DNA of 64,000 bases. Origin: Candidatus Pelagibacter sp. (GTDB lineage: Bacteria; Pseudomonadota; Alphaproteobacteria; Pelagibacterales; Pelagibacteraceae). How positions within the stretch are numbered: position 1 is the first letter of the stretch; each line of letters opens with the position of its first letter. Location of the stretch: contig NZ_JBNGZQ010000001.1 of NCBI RefSeq assembly GCF_052049575.1, positions 40,209 to 104,208 on the forward strand, given 5' to 3'. Under the pieces are notes generated by a model. It saw nothing but the letters and a program-made list of their open reading frames with translations. It was not told where the DNA came from and did no database searches. Of the stretch, positions 59,085 to 64,000 are shown piece after piece. A program made the translations under genes and the position numbers.

Positions 59085-60028
59085 TAAATTTGTGAAATTA
59101 AATTTTGAGTCTCTAAGTCATACAATTTAAAAAGAGTTTCCGCACTACTTAAATCGACCTCCTGAAATTTAACTCTGGAGCCAGGAGTTAATTGAACCAA
59201 TTTGTCATAATCAGCACTTACAACGACGCCGATTTTAGGATACCCCCCTATAGTACCATGATCTGAGAGCATGATTATTGGATTGCCATCAGCCGGCACT
59301 TGTATCACGCCCTTAATTAAGCCTTCAGATCTAATATTAGTATCAACTATATTTTCTATTTTTTTTCCCTCTAATCTCATTCCCATACGATCAGATAATT
59401 TAGAGACTTTAAACTCATTTTTAAAAAAAATTTTTTTACCCTCTTCAGAAAAATAATTAAAATTTGTTCCTTTAATTACTCTAATATTTTCTATTTTTGT
59501 ATTAACATAATTTAATTTTCTATTCACGAAGTTATCATTAATATCTTTGATTGTAATTTTTTGGTTATCAGATAATTTTTCTCCATTGTTAGATCCTATC
59601 TTTGCTTTAGTATTAGTTGAACAACTAGACCATTGAAATTTTAAATCAAATGTACCACTGATTGCTAGATATCCATAAACAGATTTATTAGTTGATATAA
59701 TATCTAACTCGTCACCATTTTTTAGAATAAATGATTGATAACATTCTCCATCAATTAAATTATCACCATTTTTAATTTTAAAACTGACATCACCAGTAAT
59801 AGCAATATTAATTTTATCTCCATGATATTTTAAATGAGGGCCCTGATATGCAAATTCTATTACTGGGTCATCATGATCATTGCCAGTAAGTTTATTAGCC
59901 AATAAATAATTTCTATTATCCATAGCTCCACTGAACGGGACACCTATATGATAGAGATTGTTCCTTCCAAGATCTTGGAAAGTTGAATTAATACCTGCCC
60001 TTATAATTTCAAAATAATTTTTATTCAT
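59084..60028 (-). CDS. pxpC: 5-oxoprolinase subunit C (AHS2 family)
   Basis: STFQDLGR, GAMD...Y.LAN.L.GN, YGYLAISG, SDRMGMRL.G, G.IQVP.DG.PII...DH.TIGGYPKI. Confidence 0.88.
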   Translation of the reverse strand: MNKNYFEIIRAGINSTFQDLGRNNLYHIGVPFSGAMDNRNYLLANKLTGNDHDDPVIEFAYQGPHLKYHGDKINIAITGDVSFKIKNGDNLIDGECYQSFILKNGDELDIISTNKSVYGYLAISGTFDLKFQWSSCSTNTKAKIGSNNGEKLSDNQKITIKDINDNFVNRKLNYVNTKIENIRVIKGTNFNYFSEEGKKIFFKNEFKVSKLSDRMGMRLEGKKIENIVDTNIRSEGLIKGVIQVPADGNPIIMLSDHGTIGGYPKIGVVVSADYDKLVQLTPGSRVKFQEVDLSSAETLFKLYDLETQNLISQI

Positions 60029-60695
60029 GATAATTTTGATATTTTTCTTTACTAATTCTTTTGAATGTAACTAAATCGCCCGGATTGATTAAATTGGGTT
60101 CTTTTTCTTTAGTGCTATCAAAAATATTTAATGGAGTATTTCCAATGATATTCCATCCCCCAGGGCTTTCAAAAGTGTAGATATTGGCAAATTGCTCAGT
60201 CAAACCAATTGAACCCTTTGGAACCTTAACCCTAGGAGTATCAAGACGTTTTGCTCTAAGATTTTCATCTAAATCTCCAAGAAAAGGCATTCCTGCGATA
60301 AAACCTGTCATATAACAAAAAAATTCTTTTTCAAAAAAACTCTCGTATATTTTTTCCTCTTTAATCTTAAGTTTTTTTTCTAACCTTTTTATATCTAGAG
60401 AAAATTCTTTCTCACAGCAGACAGGAATTTCAAATTTTTTGTTTTGAATACTATCACCTTTGTTAATCTCAATATTATCAATTATCTTTTTAAGTTTATT
60501 AAAATTAATTTTTTTAAGATCAAAAGAAATAATTAATTTATTGTAAGATGGAGTAATATTGTTTACTCCTGAAATATTTTTTTTTTGAATAGTTTTAAAG
60601 TATTTGATTACTTGTGTGTTAATGTCTTTATTTACATCTTTACCGAAATCACAATATAAAGCTGCGTCACCAAGATTTGATATATTTTTTATCAT
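60021..60695 (-). CDS. pxpB: 5-oxoprolinase subunit B (AHS1 family)
   Basis: LGDAAL..DF, PSYN.L, GF..G.PFLG, R...PR..VPKGSIG, YTFESPGGWNIIG.TP. Confidence 0.9.
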   Translation of the reverse strand: MIKNISNLGDAALYCDFGKDVNKDINTQVIKYFKTIQKKNISGVNNITPSYNKLIISFDLKKINFNKLKKIIDNIEINKGDSIQNKKFEIPVCCEKEFSLDIKRLEKKLKIKEEKIYESFFEKEFFCYMTGFIAGMPFLGDLDENLRAKRLDTPRVKVPKGSIGLTEQFANIYTFESPGGWNIIGNTPLNIFDSTKEKEPNLINPGDLVTFKRISKEKYQNYHE

Positions 60696-60699
60696 GCCA

Positions 60700-60708
60700 T
60701 GTTATACT
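60700..60708 (+). promoter_or_regulatory. Candidate extended -10 promoter element for pxpA
   Basis: TGtTATACT (TG 60700-60701, hexamer 60703-60708), 8 nt before the ATG at 60717; no Shine-Dalgarno sequence in between. Confidence 0.45.
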
Positions 60709-60716
60709 GAAGAATA

Positions 60717-61496
60717 ATGAGTATTGAAATTAATATAAATTGTGATTTAGGCGAGAAATCTAAATATCATTCTAACAAGCATGATCCTGACTTACTTGAA
60801 ATAGTTAATTCGGCAAATATAGCATGTGGTTATCATGCAGGTGATGAGGAAACTATGAATCAAGTTGTAGAAATATCAAAAAAAAATGGTGTCAGTATAG
60901 GAGCACATCCATCTTTTAATGATCCTGAAAATTTTGGTAGAGAACGAATGAATTTATCCTCTTCTGAATTAGAAAAATTAATAACTGATCAATATGAAAT
61001 TCTTCAAACAATTTCGTCTAATCATGGTGAAAATGTAACTCATATAAAACCACACGGAGCTTTAAATAATATGGCATGTGAGGATATTGATTTAGCAACG
61101 ACATTAGCAAAAGTAATTAAAAGAATAAATCCAGAGTTAATTTATTTAGTACCGACTGGATCTAAAATGGAACAAGCTGCTAAAAAATTAGATATGAAAA
61201 TTGCTTGTGAAATATTTGCTGACAGAAATTATGAAGATGATGGAAATCTTGTATCAAGAAAAAAACCTCATGCTTTAATCACTGACCCAGAACAAGCAAA
61301 AAAACACGTATTAAAAATGGTACAAACTCAGTCACTTAATTGTCACAGTGGGAAACAAATACCTTGTGAAATCGATTCTATATGTATACATGGCGATAAT
61401 ATTAGTTCATTAGAAACAGCTAAATCTGTTAGAAAAAATTTACTGGATAATGGACTTAAATTAGAAACATTAAATAAAATGAAAAAATTTATATGA
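60717..61496 (+). CDS. pxpA: 5-oxoprolinase subunit A (LamB/YcsF family)
   Basis: INCDLGE, SANIACGYHAGD, IGAHPSF.D.ENFGR, HIKPHGALNN, EIFADRNY..DG.LVSR, SICIHGD. Confidence 0.95.
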   Translation: MSIEININCDLGEKSKYHSNKHDPDLLEIVNSANIACGYHAGDEETMNQVVEISKKNGVSIGAHPSFNDPENFGRERMNLSSSELEKLITDQYEILQTISSNHGENVTHIKPHGALNNMACEDIDLATTLAKVIKRINPELIYLVPTGSKMEQAAKKLDMKIACEIFADRNYEDDGNLVSRKKPHALITDPEQAKKHVLKMVQTQSLNCHSGKQIPCEIDSICIHGDNISSLETAKSVRKNLLDNGLKLETLNKMKKFI

Positions 61497-61981
61497 TTAA
61501 AAATTTACTTATTTCACTATTTATTTCTACTTTAGTAGTCTCAAGCTCATATGCTGCAGGATCGAGCGATAGTGGTTCCTCTAAAACTAAAACAAAATAT
61601 GATATGGCTGTTACACATATTAAAGCAGCAAAAAATTTCGAAAAAAAAAATAAGATAGATAAAGCAAAAAAAAGATACGAAAAAGCGAAAAAATTATTGG
61701 TTCAATCTAACAAAAATTTTCCAAATAAACCTGACACATTAAATTATCTTGGTTTTACAACTCGAAAACTTGGTGATTTTGAAAATGGGGAAAAATTTTA
61801 TTTACAGGGATTAAAAATCGATCCAAAACATATAGGTATAAATGAATACCTTGGTGAACTATATGTGGCTACAAACAGACACAATCTTGCAGTTGAGAGA
61901 CTTGAAGTTTTAAAAGATTGTAATTGTAAAGAATATGACCAGCTAAAAGCAGTTATAGCTGGTGAAAAATCAAAATATTAA
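61493..61981 (+). CDS. Exported tetratricopeptide-repeat protein
   Basis: Signal peptide; TPR-like DTLNYLGF..RKLG......FY..GLKIDP.H....EYLGELY; ATGA overlap with the pxpA stop. Confidence 0.8.
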   Translation: MIKNLLISLFISTLVVSSSYAAGSSDSGSSKTKTKYDMAVTHIKAAKNFEKKNKIDKAKKRYEKAKKLLVQSNKNFPNKPDTLNYLGFTTRKLGDFENGEKFYLQGLKIDPKHIGINEYLGELYVATNRHNLAVERLEVLKDCNCKEYDQLKAVIAGEKSKY

Positions 61982-61991
61982 TTACTAGTAA

Positions 61992-62023
61992 TAGACAATA
62001 GGAAACTAACAATTATAATTGTT
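61992..62023 (+). promoter_or_regulatory. Candidate sigma70 promoter with its -10 embedded in a perfect 16-bp palindrome
   Basis: TAGACA (61992-61997), 16-nt spacer, TATAAT (62014-62019), inside AACAATTATAATTGTT (62008-62023). Confidence 0.5.
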
Positions 62024-62043
62024 TTTTTTAAAATGATATTACC

Positions 62044-62655
62044 TTGTTAGAAGAATCACTCATACTCTTACAGATCATATTTATTGATATTATCTTGGCT
62101 GCAGATAATGCAATCATAATTGGTTTAATCGCTGCAAATTTTGTACCTAAAAATAGAAAATTAATCATTTTTTGGGGTGTAGTCGGTGCACTTGTCTTTA
62201 AAGTTTTATTTGCTGTTTTTGCTACTTACCTTTTTCAATTTTATTGGGTTAAAATAATTGGTGGTCTTCTTTTAATCTGGATTGTTAATGATTTAAGAAA
62301 AGATTTATTTGAAATTAAAAAGATAAAATCACCTACTAAAAAATCAAAAGAGCCCTCTTTTATTAAAAGTATTTATAAAGTCCTTTTTGCAGACATAACT
62401 ATTAGTTTTGATAACGTCATTGGGGTTGTGGGTGCTGCAAAAGGAAATTTTGGGTACATGATGTTTGGACTTATCTTGTCAGTTGTTTTGACTGGTGCAT
62501 TAGCTACCTATCTAGCTAATTATATTCAAAGACATCTTTGGATTGCCTATATTGGTTTAGGTTTTATTTTGCTTGTTGCTTTACAGTTGATTATTGGTGG
62601 ATTAAATGATTATGGTGTTTTATCAATTAATGAAACCTTTAAAAAATACTTCTAA
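62044..62655 (+). CDS. TerC-family integral membrane protein (YjbE-like)
   Basis: IDIILAADNAIIIG, R...IFWG..GA, GGLLL.WI, ADITISFDNVIGV.GAA; TTG start. Confidence 0.88.
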   Translation: MLEESLILLQIIFIDIILAADNAIIIGLIAANFVPKNRKLIIFWGVVGALVFKVLFAVFATYLFQFYWVKIIGGLLLIWIVNDLRKDLFEIKKIKSPTKKSKEPSFIKSIYKVLFADITISFDNVIGVVGAAKGNFGYMMFGLILSVVLTGALATYLANYIQRHLWIAYIGLGFILLVALQLIIGGLNDYGVLSINETFKKYF

Positions 62656-62664
62656 TCAAAAAAA

Positions 62665-63522
62665 TTGCCACTTAAACACTTACTCGTTTTAATTTTTATA
62701 ATGATAGCTCATGGAAGTGCGTTTCCTGTAGCTAAGTTAGCTCTTAATAATTCTGTTCCACCCATCTTAATGGCCTCATTAAGAATGGGATTGGTCTTTT
62801 TGTTACTAATACCTTTTTTGAAATTTAAACTCCCAAATAAAAAATTTTACAAACCATTGATTTTATTTTCAATATCTATGGGTGTTTTAGTTTATGTATT
62901 TATGAATCTATCATTATTTCATTCCTCAATAATTGCTCCTATAATTTTAGGATCTCAACTTGCAATACCGTTTGGAATACTTGCAAGTGCTTTTATCTTA
63001 AATGAAAATATAAGTAAAAATAAATGGATTTTGATTTTCACCTCCTTTATTGGAATAGTCATAATCTTTTTTGATCCTAAATTGACAGAAAACTATTTAG
63101 GTCTATTTTTTGCAAGTCTTATGGCTTTATTTTTTGGACTAGCACAAGTTTATTCTAGGCAGCTAAAAGAGTTGCCAATAAGTATGATAAATGCAAGCAC
63201 TGGTATTTTTGGTTTTATAATACTCATAATTATTTCAGTTTTCATTGAGGGTAATGTTAAAGAAAATATTGAACAAATAAATTTTAAATCTTGGATACTT
63301 ATATCTTACCAAGCAGTAATAGTATCTTTATGTGCCCACCTGCTGATGTTTTATCTCTATAAATTTTATACTGTTGGTAAGATTTTTCCTTTTTATTCCC
63401 TATTTCCAATATTTGGAATTATTCTCACTTATATAGTTTTCGGTGAAGTGCCGACTATTTTGTTCATATTGGGTGGGATAATAGTAATTACTTCAGTGTT
63501 TTTTCTACACAAAATTAAATAA
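62665..63522 (+). CDS. DMT/EamA-family transporter (different subfamily from the other three)
   Basis: About 10 TM helices; PPIL.ASLR, QLAIPFG.L.SA.IL.E.I, L.PIFG......VFGE.P; TTG start. Confidence 0.85.
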   Translation: MPLKHLLVLIFIMIAHGSAFPVAKLALNNSVPPILMASLRMGLVFLLLIPFLKFKLPNKKFYKPLILFSISMGVLVYVFMNLSLFHSSIIAPIILGSQLAIPFGILASAFILNENISKNKWILIFTSFIGIVIIFFDPKLTENYLGLFFASLMALFFGLAQVYSRQLKELPISMINASTGIFGFIILIIISVFIEGNVKENIEQINFKSWILISYQAVIVSLCAHLLMFYLYKFYTVGKIFPFYSLFPIFGIILTYIVFGEVPTILFILGGIIVITSVFFLHKIK

Positions 63523-63597
63523 TTTGCTTATTGCAACTTTTTATAAATCAGTTTTAATTTAGTTTTTAAAAATTGTTAACAATAAAAGAGGATAATA

Positions 63598-64000
63598 ATG
63601 AAAAAACTATTTGTGGCTGCATTTATATTTGTTTCTACTTTTACAACAAATGTTTTTGCAGAAGTAAAAATGGGAATTATATTAGGATTTACTGGTCCAA
63701 TTGAATCCCTTACGCCAGCGATGGCAGCATCTGCTGAGCTTGCTTTTAAAGAAGCCTCAGACTCTGGATCATTACTTGGTGGTGAAAAAATTTCAGTTGT
63801 AAGAGCAGATTCAACTTGTGTTGATTCAGCTGCAGCAACAGCAGCAGCCGAAGGTGTAATTGCAAAAGGTGTTGCGGCAATTATGGGAGCTGACTGTTCA
63901 GGTGTAACGGGTGCTATTGCATCTAATGTTGCGGTGCCAAATGGTGTTGTAATGATTTCACCTTCAGCAACATCTCCAGGTTTAACAACTCTTGATGATA
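63598..64000 (+). CDS. Liv-type ABC solute-binding protein, 5' part (runs off the window end); candidate 5-oxoproline-binding protein
   Basis: Not in the ORF track. AGAGGA ribosome-binding site at 63587-63592, then ATG 63598: MKKLFVAAFIFVSTFTTNVFA-EVKMGIILGFTGPIESLTPAMAASAELAF...RADSTCVD...IMGADCSGVT...MISPSATSPGLT. Signal peptide plus class I SBP motifs; ligand is inferred from context only. Confidence 0.88.
   Translation, partial: MKKLFVAAFIFVSTFTTNVFAEVKMGIILGFTGPIESLTPAMAASAELAFKEASDSGSLLGGEKISVVRADSTCVDSAAATAAAEGVIAKGVAAIMGADCSGVTGAIASNVAVPNGVVMISPSATSPGLTTLDD

Noticed and set aside
517-59456. The many 60-110 aa ORFs on the opposite strand or in alternative frames of long genes (e.g. 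517-744, 10440-10748, 31487-31774, 36266-36601, 39639-39953)
   Set aside because: Each lies within a well-supported gene, shows no family motif, and has the composition expected of shadow frames.

Overview
This is a very AT-rich, densely packed bacterial chromosome segment with overlapping or abutting genes and several TTG/GTG starts. Gene content and order fit a streamlined marine alphaproteobacterium of the SAR11 / Candidatus Pelagibacter type; that taxonomy is inferred from gene repertoire, not from a search. The first half is mostly conserved core: thiGS, aroQ-accBC, aspS-hda, purMN, ndk-pepA, lptFGD-surA-pdxA-rsmA, gmk-acpP-fabGD, rpsF-rpsR-rplI-dnaB, cvpA-purF and gshAB. From about 28 to 53 kb the content is more accessory: an HD-domain diiron-oxygenase-like gene, a heptad-repeat orphan, an EamA transporter plus amidinotransferase, a Liv-type ABC transporter divergent from a metal-free NAD-dependent formate dehydrogenase, msrA, selO, tspO with a FOXRED1-like oxidoreductase, and a five-gene lipid-modification cluster resembling the furan fatty acid (ufa) genes. 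The end holds gcvTHP under a tandem glycine riboswitch, a split pxpBC/pxpA 5-oxoprolinase locus, and the start of another ABC solute-binding protein. I saw no tRNA, rRNA, CRISPR array, integrase or transposase. The best candidates for undescribed biology are the transporter-amidinotransferase pair, the ufa-like cluster, the stand-alone NrdJ C-terminal domain protein and the metal-free FDH. All annotations come from motif recognition by eye; no database searches were run.
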